Positions 9,381 to 20,595 of a stretch of 48,466 nt of DNA are shown piece after piece. The stretch comes from Pirellulales bacterium (lineage in GTDB: Bacteria > Planctomycetota > Planctomycetia > Pirellulales > Pirellulaceae): assembly GCA_038256795.1 (NCBI GenBank), contig JBBSJZ010000001.1, forward strand, positions 1-48,466, written 5' to 3'. Each line of letters starts with the position of its first letter. Positions within the stretch are counted from its first letter, which is position 1. Under the pieces are notes generated by a model. That model did not search any database and was not told where the DNA came from. It was given only the letters and a program-made list of their open reading frames with translations. The position numbers and the translations under genes are program-made.

Positions 9381-9926
9381 TTAACCCAGTAGCAGTCCGT
9401 CGCCAGGCTCGGATTCTTCCCACTCGCGGCGAATCTCGCGCAGTCCATAGGCGCACAGCTCGAACTGGTCACTCAACCGATGCAGTAGGTCACATGACGG
9501 GCGATCGTCGCCGGCTTGGATCTCCGCAGCGATGGCGTAAGCCCGCTTGCCCTGGCGGCAATAATCGATGAAGCCGTCGACCGTGTCACTCGGCCGCACC
9601 CGCCGCAGACTCTCAGGATACATGCCGGACCAAAACAGGGTGAAGTCGCCAATGTGTCGATGTGTCTCTCGCTTCGCTAAGCCGATTCTTTGTTCAGCTT
9701 CGCACAGCATTTGAAACACTTCCGTCGCCGGTCGACCGTCACCGCGTCGAACGCGATGCATCGAATCGACTCGCACGAATCGCAACAACATGTCGCTGAG
9801 ATAGTCAATCAACTGGGTGTCGGCGACACCCAGCTTGGACTCGAAAATACATTCACTGAGTCCGCAAAAGAAACGCTCGATCGTCGTGCGTTTTGGCGAA
9901 GCATCATCGGCACCCTCAGGCATCAT
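9381..9926 (-). CDS. Hypothetical cytoplasmic protein
   Basis: ORF 9381..10028 trimmed to ATG 9926, which is preceded by a strong GGAGGAG Shine-Dalgarno (about 9931-9937). No recognised domain. Convergent with the KAS-like gene. Confidence 0.6.
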   Translation of the reverse strand: MMPEGADDASPKRTTIERFFCGLSECIFESKLGVADTQLIDYLSDMLLRFVRVDSMHRVRRGDGRPATEVFQMLCEAEQRIGLAKRETHRHIGDFTLFWSGMYPESLRRVRPSDTVDGFIDYCRQGKRAYAIAAEIQAGDDRPSCDLLHRLSDQFELCAYGLREIRREWEESEPGDGLLLG

Positions 9927-10232
9927 CGTTCTCCTCCACTCTCCGCAAGTTAAGCTGGCTCGCACGCATTCAATACGGCCAGCCAAACCACGTGGTTCGT
10001 TAAGGGTCGTTCGACCTGAATTCCACAATTAGTACGCGTCCCGCGCCGCGTCAAGAGAAAAACCATCAAAGCTTCATCGGATCTTCGCAACATGTGTTTT
10101 CTACCGATCGAGGCAGGGAAGTCCGGTTGAGCCGAAATCTTCCCCGAGTGTCTCCAGCAACACCTTGCTGCCACGACGCGGGCCGATTTTGAAAACGGTA
10201 AACAGGTACGCAGATTCAGGATCGGCGTGAGT

Positions 10233-12551
10233 TCATTTCCCGCTCTTGGAAAGACCAATGGCATCATCCACCAGGAACTCGACCCTACCCGAGGTGACGT
10301 CGTAGATGGCGCCAACGACTGCAAGACGTCCATCGTCGGCTAAGTTGCGAATCGTTTGGCTTGTTGCGACGATATTATTGACCGATTGAATCACATTGCG
10401 ACGGGCCACGTCTTCAATGAACTGATTGCGTTCCATGTCAGCCGACTCGGCAATCAGTTTTAGCTTGGGCAAATCGATCGATGGATGAATGTCTTCCAAT
10501 ATCGAATCCAGATGCTGGCAGCCTGTCGCTTCCGCGCCCGTCTGGCCCGCGTCAGCAAGATTTACGGCTGCATGTACTGCGCCGCACTTAGTGTGCCCCA
10601 ATACAACGATCAACTTTGAACCCACAACAGTCGTTGCATACTCTAAGCTCCCCAAAATTTTTCGGCTGACGACGTTGCCTGCGACTCTCGCGGTAAAGAC
10701 ATCGCCTAATCCCAAGTCAAGAATTGTTTCGACCGGCGCTCGAGAATCGATGCAACTGAGAATTGCTGCAAAGGGATGCTGGCCCTCCGAAGTCGCTTGA
10801 ACCTGGCGGCCCAGGTCACGCGAGAGCCGCTTGTCCGAGCAGAATCGCTCGTTCCCGTCCCGCAAAATATTGAGGGCCTCGGCTGGCGTCATTTTTTCTT
10901 GCACGTCTCGACTTGTGAAGTCGACAAACTGAATGACGTTGTCGATGGCGTACTTTTGACGAAATCCTCGCAAGCTGACGGTTACGTTGTGAATCGACGA
11001 TTTTTTTACGAAATCGCGGATCATCGCTAGGATGTCGGGATCGATGTAGTCGGAGTTGCTCGCATCCAAGAGAATCTGAGTTCCGGGCGCGGCGCCACGC
11101 AGCGCACGTTCAATCACGGGCCTATTTAGAAAACTGACTTGCTCCGCTAGTTCGATCCGCAAGATGTTTCCGCTTACATGCTTTTCGACAAGCTGTCGCA
11201 ATGGACGTCGCAAGTTGCTGTTTAAGATAAAGCCCACCCCGAAAACCATTCCAACGACGACTCCAATCAACAAGTCGGAGAGCAGGATCGCAACGATCGT
11301 GACGAAAAAGGGAACCAACTGATATCTGCCGCCTTGCCAAATACGAACGAAAACCGATGAATGGGCAAGCCACGCACCGGTCACGACCAAAACTGCCGCG
11401 AGTACGGATAGCGGAATCACGGCAAATACAAAGGGAAGAAACAACGCCCCAATCAGTAGTACCGCACCGTGCAAAATGGAGCAGAGCTTCGTCCGCGAGC
11501 CTGCTTGTAAGCAGACCGCGCTGCGTTCGATCGCGGCGCTCATGGGAATCCCGCCGATCAAACCGCACAGTGCATTACCAACGCCAACAGCGATGAGTTC
11601 CCGATTGGGTGGACTTGGGCGGTCCGATCGATCGACGCGATCAGTTGCCGATAAATTGACGAGGGTCTCCAGCGATGAAACGACTGCGATCGCGAAAGCC
11701 GTGATATACACGTAGGGATTGGTCCATTCGCTCCATGTTGGAAACCGAAGCATCGAGCTCCAGCCCTGCATATCATTCCATTGTGGCATTGCAATCAAGT
11801 GCTTGCCATCAATAAGCCATGTGTCACCGAAACGATTGACCACAAGGCTAGCGAGTGTCCCTGTCACGACGCCTATTAACATCGCGGGTAATTGAAAATT
11901 CTTGGAGCGGTTCCACTGTTGCAAGCCGACAATCACGGCGAGAGTCAGCAGCCCCACGGCGGCAGCACCGGCATGCACATCGCCTTCGAAAAGTGCGAAC
12001 AGTTCGCTGAATGTGGTTCGGCGATCAGGCTGTAAGAATGCCATATCGCCTTCCGTGTCCGTATCGTGCCCGAGTAGGTGAGGAATCTGTTTGAGGATGA
12101 GAATGATGCCGATCGCTGCGAGCAGAGCGTCCAAGACACTCGACGGAAAAAAACTAGCTAGCCACCCTAGCCGTGCAATACCAAAAGCGATCTGTATCAA
12201 GCCCGCAATGGTAACCGCCAACAAAAATGTTTCGAAAGAATTCAACGAGCCAATTAGTGAGGCAATCGCCAACGTCAAACCCGCTGACGGCCCGGTAATG
12301 CTGGTCGGTGAACCGCTAATCAAGCCTACGATCAATCCACCGATAATCCCTGCAACGATTCCGGCTACGGGTGGAGCCCCGGAAATGGATGCGATCCCCA
12401 TTCCCATAGGAATGGCCACACAGGTCACGACGATTGCTGCTCCAAACTCGGTGAGCACACCGGTGGTCAGAGGTAGTTCCGAATCGGCCCTTAACGCATT
12501 TTTGAATGCAGCTTGGTCGTCGATCAGTTGTATTCGATTTTCGGATTTCAT
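10233..12551 (-). CDS. SulP-family anion transporter fused to STAS and an apparently active beta-carbonic anhydrase domain
   Basis: ORF 10233..12563 (TTG); ATG 12551 preferred. SulP membrane domain (PMGMGIASISGAPPVAGI, SPPNRELIAVGVGN). STAS (ILRIELAEQVSFLNRP...LLDASNSDYIDPDILAMIRDF). Beta-CA signatures intact: CIDSR (Cys codon 10752-10754), GDVFTARVAGN, GHTKCGAV. Confidence 0.9.
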   Translation of the reverse strand: MKSENRIQLIDDQAAFKNALRADSELPLTTGVLTEFGAAIVVTCVAIPMGMGIASISGAPPVAGIVAGIIGGLIVGLISGSPTSITGPSAGLTLAIASLIGSLNSFETFLLAVTIAGLIQIAFGIARLGWLASFFPSSVLDALLAAIGIILILKQIPHLLGHDTDTEGDMAFLQPDRRTTFSELFALFEGDVHAGAAAVGLLTLAVIVGLQQWNRSKNFQLPAMLIGVVTGTLASLVVNRFGDTWLIDGKHLIAMPQWNDMQGWSSMLRFPTWSEWTNPYVYITAFAIAVVSSLETLVNLSATDRVDRSDRPSPPNRELIAVGVGNALCGLIGGIPMSAAIERSAVCLQAGSRTKLCSILHGAVLLIGALFLPFVFAVIPLSVLAAVLVVTGAWLAHSSVFVRIWQGGRYQLVPFFVTIVAILLSDLLIGVVVGMVFGVGFILNSNLRRPLRQLVEKHVSGNILRIELAEQVSFLNRPVIERALRGAAPGTQILLDASNSDYIDPDILAMIRDFVKKSSIHNVTVSLRGFRQKYAIDNVIQFVDFTSRDVQEKMTPAEALNILRDGNERFCSDKRLSRDLGRQVQATSEGQHPFAAILSCIDSRAPVETILDLGLGDVFTARVAGNVVSRKILGSLEYATTVVGSKLIVVLGHTKCGAVHAAVNLADAGQTGAEATGCQHLDSILEDIHPSIDLPKLKLIAESADMERNQFIEDVARRNVIQSVNNIVATSQTIRNLADDGRLAVVGAIYDVTSGRVEFLVDDAIGLSKSGK

Positions 12552-12559
12552 GAGAGCAT

Positions 12560-14884
12560 TCAACTTATCGAAGGAGTGTGTGACTCGTTCAGGAACTCTA
12601 CGGAACCGCTCGACGGATCGAACATCGCAGTCACGACCTGAATCTGTCCAGAGTCAGCCAGGCGACTGAGGGCGGGACTTTCTTCGATCAATTGTTGAGC
12701 CATTCTGGCAGTGTGAAGTCGAGCAATTTGTTCCATCGTTTGCTGTTGAGCCGCAGCCGTCATGTTCGGAAATGCGAGCGCAGCTCGGTGGTCGATCGAA
12801 GCGGCGATTTGTTCGAGGACGTCCTGCAGATGAGCACAACCGGCCAGTTCCGCTTTGTTGTCGGACGACGTCGCGGTTTGAATTGCCAGCCTAAGCAACA
12901 AGCTATCGGCATGCCCCAGCACTACCACTAGCCTGGCTCCCCCCAACGAAACAGCGTACTCCACCCCACCAATTGCCCGTGGCCCAACTACGGCGCCTGG
13001 CGTACGGACCGTAAACGCCTGTCCCAGTCCGAGATCAAAGATCATTTCCACAGGCGTCTGGGAATCGATGCCGCTGATGATGGCGGCGATCGCGACTGGA
13101 TCTGTGCCGACGGACACAGCACTTCGCATGAGTGCTCGATCCAGTGGATGGCCTTCCACGAAGCGCTTGTTCCCAGCCTTCAAAATCTCTACGACCTGGT
13201 CAGCAGTGAGTTTATCGCGAGCTTCTTGAATCGAGAAATCAATCGAATCTTCCCTGTCAAATAGTTTGTATTTCTCGCGAAAACCAACCAATTGCATTTT
13301 GATATCATAAGCAGGAGCGGTCTTGTCCTTGAACTCTCTAATCAAACTGAGCACGTCAGGATCGATATAGTCGGTTCGCCTCGCGTCGAGCAACAAACGA
13401 CTGCCGCGCGGCGCTTCTCGCAACGCTGTCTCGAGAGATGCTTTGTTCAGAAAACTTATTTGATCGCCAAGTTCAATGTGCAACAATTCACCGTCGATGT
13501 GTTTTTCGTGGATCTTTCGCACTGGGCGTCGCAGGTTGCTATTGAGGATAAACAGTAGGCTGAGGACCAAGCCGATGCAGATACCAACCAATAAGTCGGT
13601 CAATACGATTGCGACTAGAGTAAAGATAAACGGCAGGAATTGGTAACGCCCGTCATGAGCCATTTGCTTAAAGAGCTGGGGACTGGCGAGTTTGAACCCA
13701 GTCATCAACAGGATCGCAGCGAGACAGGACAACGGTATCATCCGCAGCAACTGCGGAATCAACACGACACAGGCCAACAGCAACACACCATGAAAGATGG
13801 CGGAGAGTTTCGTTTCGGCACCCGCATTGACGTTCACTGATCCGCGAATAACCACACTCGTCACCGGAATGCCTCCTAGCATACCAGCCGTCATGTTGCC
13901 AATCCCCTGGGCGAGCAGTTCGCGATTGGGTGGCGAGATGCGCTGCCGTCGATCGAGCTTGTCGACCGCATCTAGATTCAGCAACGTCTCCAATGATGCG
14001 ACCACGGCGATTGTAATCGCACCAATGTAAACGGAAGCGTTGTTCAATTGCGTAAAGTCTGGCATGCGTAGCAATCCTACAAAACCAAGTAGGCTGCCAG
14101 CACTGGGGACATCGACCATCTGCTGCGACGTAATCAGCCAGTTGCCGCCCAACTGAGACAGCCCCGAGCCAATCAGCGCACCCAAGATCACTACCAGTAG
14201 AGGAGCCGGTACCAGAGACTTTTTCAACCTGGGAATCTTGTCCCACGTGTAAAGGAACAATAGCGAAAAAACGCCGACGGTAATCGCCCCGAACTGCAAG
14301 CCGTCCTCAAAAAAAAGAATGTCCTGCATGGCTCGGAAAAAACTGAAAACGATGTCGCCTATGGCATGCGAATGCTCGACCGCCTTGGGCGAGTTTTGCT
14401 CGAAGTCTTCGATGGCCGCAGCTTGAACGAATGGCAAGCCCATGTCTTTGGAGTAACCGAACAACAGCGGCAACTGTTTGAATATCAGGATCACTCCGAT
14501 CGCAGCAAGCAGTCCTTTAATTACACTGGTTGGAAAGAAAGCCGAAAGCGCTCCGGCCTTGAGCAGACCAAAACCGACTTGCACAACACCACCCAAGAAG
14601 ACCGCTAACAAAAACGTTTCAAAGCTCGGCAGATTGGCGATTTGAGCCGCCACGATTGCCGTCAGCCCTGCAGCCGGTCCTGATACACTTGTGTGGGAAC
14701 CGCTGAGCAGCCCGATAACAATTCCACCGACGATGCCTGAAATCAGCCCTGCCATAGGGTCCGCGCCAGAGGCAATGGCGATCCCCAAGCACAACGGCAA
14801 GGCAACCAGAAAGACAATGATTCCACCCAAGAAATCTTTGGCAATCGTTCGCGGGGTTAGTTTGAAGTTGTCGATCATATTCAT
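12560..14884 (-). CDS. SulP-STAS transporter paralog fused to a degenerate (probably inactive) beta-carbonic-anhydrase-like domain
   Basis: 774-aa ORF with the same architecture as its downstream neighbour. The CA signatures are altered: CIDSR -> GIDSQ (Gly codon 13070-13072), GDVF -> GQAF, GHTKCG -> GHADSL. Stop lies 8 nt before (or 4 nt overlapping) the next SulP start. Confidence 0.9.
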   Translation of the reverse strand: MNMIDNFKLTPRTIAKDFLGGIIVFLVALPLCLGIAIASGADPMAGLISGIVGGIVIGLLSGSHTSVSGPAAGLTAIVAAQIANLPSFETFLLAVFLGGVVQVGFGLLKAGALSAFFPTSVIKGLLAAIGVILIFKQLPLLFGYSKDMGLPFVQAAAIEDFEQNSPKAVEHSHAIGDIVFSFFRAMQDILFFEDGLQFGAITVGVFSLLFLYTWDKIPRLKKSLVPAPLLVVILGALIGSGLSQLGGNWLITSQQMVDVPSAGSLLGFVGLLRMPDFTQLNNASVYIGAITIAVVASLETLLNLDAVDKLDRRQRISPPNRELLAQGIGNMTAGMLGGIPVTSVVIRGSVNVNAGAETKLSAIFHGVLLLACVVLIPQLLRMIPLSCLAAILLMTGFKLASPQLFKQMAHDGRYQFLPFIFTLVAIVLTDLLVGICIGLVLSLLFILNSNLRRPVRKIHEKHIDGELLHIELGDQISFLNKASLETALREAPRGSRLLLDARRTDYIDPDVLSLIREFKDKTAPAYDIKMQLVGFREKYKLFDREDSIDFSIQEARDKLTADQVVEILKAGNKRFVEGHPLDRALMRSAVSVGTDPVAIAAIISGIDSQTPVEMIFDLGLGQAFTVRTPGAVVGPRAIGGVEYAVSLGGARLVVVLGHADSLLLRLAIQTATSSDNKAELAGCAHLQDVLEQIAASIDHRAALAFPNMTAAAQQQTMEQIARLHTARMAQQLIEESPALSRLADSGQIQVVTAMFDPSSGSVEFLNESHTPSIS

Positions 14885-14943
14885 TTCGCCTAGAAAACTA
14901 GTCAGCTACTTGTAGATGTCCATAAATTTGCTTGTGCCCCAAC

Positions 14944-16288
14944 TAGTGCCGGGATCTTGAATCAGCCTTGATTGAAAACGCGAGTTGGCGTTACTCTTCG
15001 CCAATTCACCAGATTCACGTTTGCGTTGGAGCACAATCATGCCAGGGAAGGCAGCTAAGATCCAGGTCACCTAGCGCCAGCTTGAGATCCTCGAAGAGAT
15101 TGTTGCGAGTCGGACTGCCGCTGTCCGACTGGTGCAGCGTGCCAAGATTGTCTTGCTCGCCTTCGCCAAGCACAACGAAGAAGTTGGTGAAGTCGTAGGG
15201 CGCAATCCCCAGCAGGCCAGCGTCTGGCGTAAACGCTGGAGAGATGACTGGCAGCGGTTGATTTCAATCGAATGCAACTGACCGCGATCCGTTTTGAAGA
15301 GTGCAATTGAATCGTTGTTCGCTGACCAACCCCGGAAGGGTCGAGCCTCAAAGTTCACACCGGAGCAACAAGCTGCCATCGTCGCAATCGCGTGCGAGAA
15401 CCCCGATGAAGACTCGCAGCGTCCCATCTCCCAGTTCACCGCCAGAGAGATCGCCGACGAAGCCATCAAACGAGAAGTTGTCCCGACGATCTCAGCCACA
15501 ACGGTCTGGTCTTTTTTAAAATCGAGCCGATGTTCAGCAACATCGAAACAAGTATTGGTTGCTTCCAAAAATCGATGATCCTGAGGCTTGGAACGCCCAG
15601 GTCGTTGAAGTTTGCGCGACCTATCGTCATGCGATCGACCTCTATCGTACCCAGAGGCTTCACACCGTTTCGAGCGATGAACAAACCGGAATTCAAGCAC
15701 TCCAACGCATCGCCGCTGACCTGCTTCCGCAAAGTGGCCTGATTGCACGTCGTGAGTACGAATACATTCGCCACGGCACGCTTGGACTATTTGGAAATCT
15801 CCACGTTGCGACGGGCGAAATTCTCTCTCCGCTGATTCGCGAGACTCGAACGGAAGAAGATTTCTTGAAAAAAATCGATGGTTTGATTTGCACCCATCCC
15901 AATGATCCATGGTGCTTCGTGACGGACAACCTGAACACTCGAATCGAAATCAACCTCGGCGTGAAAGGGCGTGATGGAATCTTCAAGTCATTGCAAACAC
16001 GACGCGACTTCCCCACAGACAAGAGCCATCGAATACGCTTCGTCTACACACCGAAACACTGCAGTTGGCTCAACCAAATCGAGATCTGGTTCGGAACACT
16101 GCGACGAAAGTTGACACGCTACGGCTCTTTCTGCTCACTCGAAGACCTCGAAGAACGCATCCATCAGTTCATCAACTACTGTAATGAAACGATGGCCAAA
16201 CCTTACCGCTGGACCTGTGACGGATCGCTGCTGTGCAAGTAGGCAAGCCAACGCTCTCATTAAACCTCAACTCAAGATCTCCGCACTA
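14944..16288 (+). mobile_element. Decayed IS630-family insertion sequence with imperfect terminal inverted repeats and TA flanks
   Basis: Left TIR GTGCCGGGATCTTGA (14946-14960). Reverse complement of the right end is GTGCGGAGATCTTGA (16272-16286), 13/15 identical. TA at 14944-14945 and 16287-16288. Encloses the disrupted transposase reading frames. Confidence 0.7.
15039..16242 (+). pseudogene. IS630-family DDE transposase pseudogene (two in-frame stops plus one frameshift)
   Basis: From ATG 15039 the HTH-like N-terminus (RQLEILEEIVASRTAAVRLVQRAKIVLL...) is interrupted by TAG 15072-15074 and TGA 15279-15281. The frame shifts by +1 in the T6A4 tract 15512-15521. The downstream frame (15559..16242) carries ...HRNKYWLLPKIDDPEAW... 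and the DDE-region motif FVYTPKHCSWLNQIEIWF. Confidence 0.75.
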
Positions 16289-16308
16289 GGTCAAGAGAAA
16301 TATCCAAA

Positions 16309-17259
16309 CTAGTCGATGCCTTCGACAATTTCGACGGGCGGTCCGTGAAGAAACTGCCAAGCCGAATGGCTGGCATAACACAGCACTGCGACGGTAAGCA
16401 CGACCACCCCTAAGACCCTAATCCGGTCGGGATCCGCGAGGCTGTGCAGACCAAACGTGAAACGAGAAGTTCGTCGGGAGGGGGTTTCTGATCGGCGAGC
16501 GGCGGCCCGTGTTTGCGAAGGGCTGCTGGATGTGGCTTGGACGGCTCGCCCGGCCGCTTGGCTTGCGGTTACCGCTCGGGGATCGATCTCGGCCAGTGTG
16601 CCTTCGTCGGTTTCGACAGGCGTATCTTCGAAGATGCCGTCTTCCTCATCGTTGTCTTCCGCTCGTCGGGCCGCATCCGATTGACGAATCAACTCGTAGC
16701 GTTGTTCTCGCGCGAGATCATCGGAAATCTGCAAAAAGCTGGCGACATCAAATTCTTGCCAAGCTTCGCCAGTGACGATCGACGTTGCCGGCTTAGCTAG
16801 CGCCGCTTCAGCATGCACCGCGTTGACGACGGCTTGCCGCGTCGGCACGATTGACTCGACGGCCCCCTTCGACACAGCGGACGGCCTTTTGGCCGAACAA
16901 GCCACGTCCTCATCACTTGCTTCGCAATGATCGGGCACGTTGTCGATCGAGACTGTAAAACTGGCTCTGCCCAAACGAAGTTCATCGCCATCGTCGAGAG
17001 CATACCATCGTTTAGATTCAATTTTTTCTTCGTTGATTCGCGTTCCACTGGTGCTGTCCAGATCAATGACCCGAAACCCCGATTCGTCGTGATGCAGCAA
17101 GCAGTGACGACGACTGACCGAACGCGTCTTCGGACGTATTTGGCACTCCGGGTGCCTGCCGATCAAGTAGTAACCCGGTTGGATCGGTGCCACCAGTCCT
17201 GCATTGCTGCCAGAGGACAAGACGAGGTGAACGATCGTCGCGTGGGCTGACCGGTGCAT
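16309..17259 (-). CDS. FHA-domain protein with acidic linker and C-terminal transmembrane anchor
   Basis: ORF 16309..17277 trimmed to ATG 17259, 1 nt after the kinase stop (TAA-C-ATG). FHA signature YLIGRHPECQIRPKTRSVSRRHCLLHHDESGFRVIDLDSTSGTRINEEKI. C-terminal hydrophobic helix IRVLGVVVLTVAVLCYA. Confidence 0.85.
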   Translation of the reverse strand: MHRSAHATIVHLVLSSGSNAGLVAPIQPGYYLIGRHPECQIRPKTRSVSRRHCLLHHDESGFRVIDLDSTSGTRINEEKIESKRWYALDDGDELRLGRASFTVSIDNVPDHCEASDEDVACSAKRPSAVSKGAVESIVPTRQAVVNAVHAEAALAKPATSIVTGEAWQEFDVASFLQISDDLAREQRYELIRQSDAARRAEDNDEEDGIFEDTPVETDEGTLAEIDPRAVTASQAAGRAVQATSSSPSQTRAAARRSETPSRRTSRFTFGLHSLADPDRIRVLGVVVLTVAVLCYASHSAWQFLHGPPVEIVEGID

Positions 17260-17260
17260 G

Positions 17261-18781
<1,521 letters not shown>

Positions 18782-19587
18782 AGCGACGATCGTTGAACGG
18801 GGGTGGGCTGGAGAATTGATTTCGTTCCGCAAAACAGGCAGAGCAGCGATTGTATCAATCGGCCGCCGCGACTGCGAATGCGCAGTGCGGGCATTGGCGC
18901 CGTTAAACCAGTACGACCGCAACAGGCCCGTGAAGGTTGTGTGAGTATTTCGTGTGCATTGCGTGAGACCGCTTTCCTGGTCGACTCAAAATACCCCCGA
19001 GGCAGGCGGATTAGCCACGACCGCACATCCCAATTTCTCGATTAGAAGCAACAAGACGAAATTACTGATGAGGGAACCGTGAATAATTGGCGAACAAACC
19101 CTGAAGCGGTTTGCGCGACTGGACAGCACTTAGCCAGATGCTGTAGGCTCGACTACCTTTTTAGCGGACAAACTGGATCGCGCTACCCGATTAAAATTTT
19201 CGGATCGAGTCCTGTCGCCATGAACGTGAAAGTATCGGATCGTTTGAATCGTCGATTGACGGATTTGGCCATGCTTCTGATTTGTGGCCGACTGACTGGA
19301 AATCACCTGTGGCGGTCAATAGGCGATACGCCGATGATGAAACCTTTCGTGGGCGGGCACTTTCGCAACGAAATGCTGGATGCGTGCGAACAAAGTGTCC
19401 TGAACAAGGAATCATACCTATTCCCAACTTGGCTATGGGGACTGTGAATTCTCCGTGAAGGTTGATCTTGATGGGCTTCTCATCAACTCGCTCCTCAAAG
19501 AAACTCCTTGTCTCCGATCGTCGCAGCGGCACATTCGATCACGAAGTTCGTTGAGGCAAAGGCGTTTCGAAATTTCTCATTCGCTTC

Positions 19588-20466
19588 ATGTGGCGGGTAC
19601 AGAGAGCGATGGTGACAGAACTAATGAATCGCGAATTGACCGTCCGCTGTGCAAATTGTGCAGTTCAAATGAGCGTCAAAGCGGCACAGACCCGCGTGGT
19701 GATCACGTGCCCAATTTGTGCTCACAAAACGACGCTTGATTGGTCGAACGGCCAATATGTGTGCGGTGCGTTAAGAGACGATGATTTTAGTCGGCTTCCG
19801 GATCCAATCGTCGTACAAAAACCCGTCGCGGGTCCCGCCCGAAGCGAGCGAACCCTTCGCCGTGCGGCGAGGCTCGCGTACATGAAAGAGAATCGAGATT
19901 CGATTCAGGCAGCCCGCATCGAGATGCTGAAAATGGTCGCCGTTGCATTGGTTTGCTTGGGAATCACCGTTGCCATTGTCACTTTGTCTTACCAAAAACT
20001 GAACAAGGTCCCGGCGCATTATTGGGCGGAAGTCATTCCCGGAATGGAGTCACCGGATAAGTTACTGAAGCAGTACGCAGGCATCTGTGCCAACTGCACC
20101 GCGACTTGCAATTCGATTGATGATGCAAGCTCTCGCGATCAAGCCGCTCCGAAAATACGCGCGATGGCTGCGATCTTGAGTGAGTTCCCTCAACGCGTTG
20201 AGAATATGGCGCAGCTTGCGGCGACCCAGATTCAGTCGCTGGACCCGTCGTTTCGCGAAACTGTCGAGCTAGGTCAGAAGCAAGCACGGGAGAGCGTCGA
20301 GCGTGTACAGTCAAAAAAGTCAGCATACTCCGCCGAGCTCTTTCAGGCATTGATTAAGTTTTTGCAAGCCAACGACGCGGCCGCAGAAGCGATTTTGTCG
20401 AAGTGGACGCCTAGCACTAACTCGGCTTCCTCCGACGACGAATTGTTGGCAAGCGAGCGGAATTGA
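19588..20466 (+). CDS. Zinc-ribbon / single-pass membrane protein, first gene of the GspF/GspE locus
   Basis: 292-aa ORF (start uncertain: ATG 19588, 19609 or 19624). N-terminal CxxC-x17-CxxC (CANCAVQMSVKAAQTRVVITCPICAHK). TM helix MVAVALVCLGITVAIVTLSY. Helical C-terminal domain. No recognised family. Confidence 0.6.
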   Translation: MWRVQRAMVTELMNRELTVRCANCAVQMSVKAAQTRVVITCPICAHKTTLDWSNGQYVCGALRDDDFSRLPDPIVVQKPVAGPARSERTLRRAARLAYMKENRDSIQAARIEMLKMVAVALVCLGITVAIVTLSYQKLNKVPAHYWAEVIPGMESPDKLLKQYAGICANCTATCNSIDDASSRDQAAPKIRAMAAILSEFPQRVENMAQLAATQIQSLDPSFRETVELGQKQARESVERVQSKKSAYSAELFQALIKFLQANDAAAEAILSKWTPSTNSASSDDELLASERN

Positions 20467-20595
20467 GAGTGATCGAGTTTCGATATTCGTGCAGTCTGCG
20501 CGTTGCCTACGCCAAGCGACAACAACGCCGGCAACGTTCCACACTACACTTTTGCCCGATGTACAAACCATCGTTGTCGTTGAATATGAGGATCG

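Noticed and set aside
15512-15521. T6A4 tract as a programmed ribosomal frameshift site in the IS630 transposase
   Set aside because: The shift needed is +1, not the usual -1. The upstream part of the same gene also has two in-frame stop codons (15072, 15279), so simple decay at a homopolymer is the better explanation.
15071-15910. 279-aa ORF on the minus strand inside the IS630 element
   Set aside because: It is antisense to the clearly recognisable, though broken, transposase frames. It has no domain signal and is a shadow ORF.
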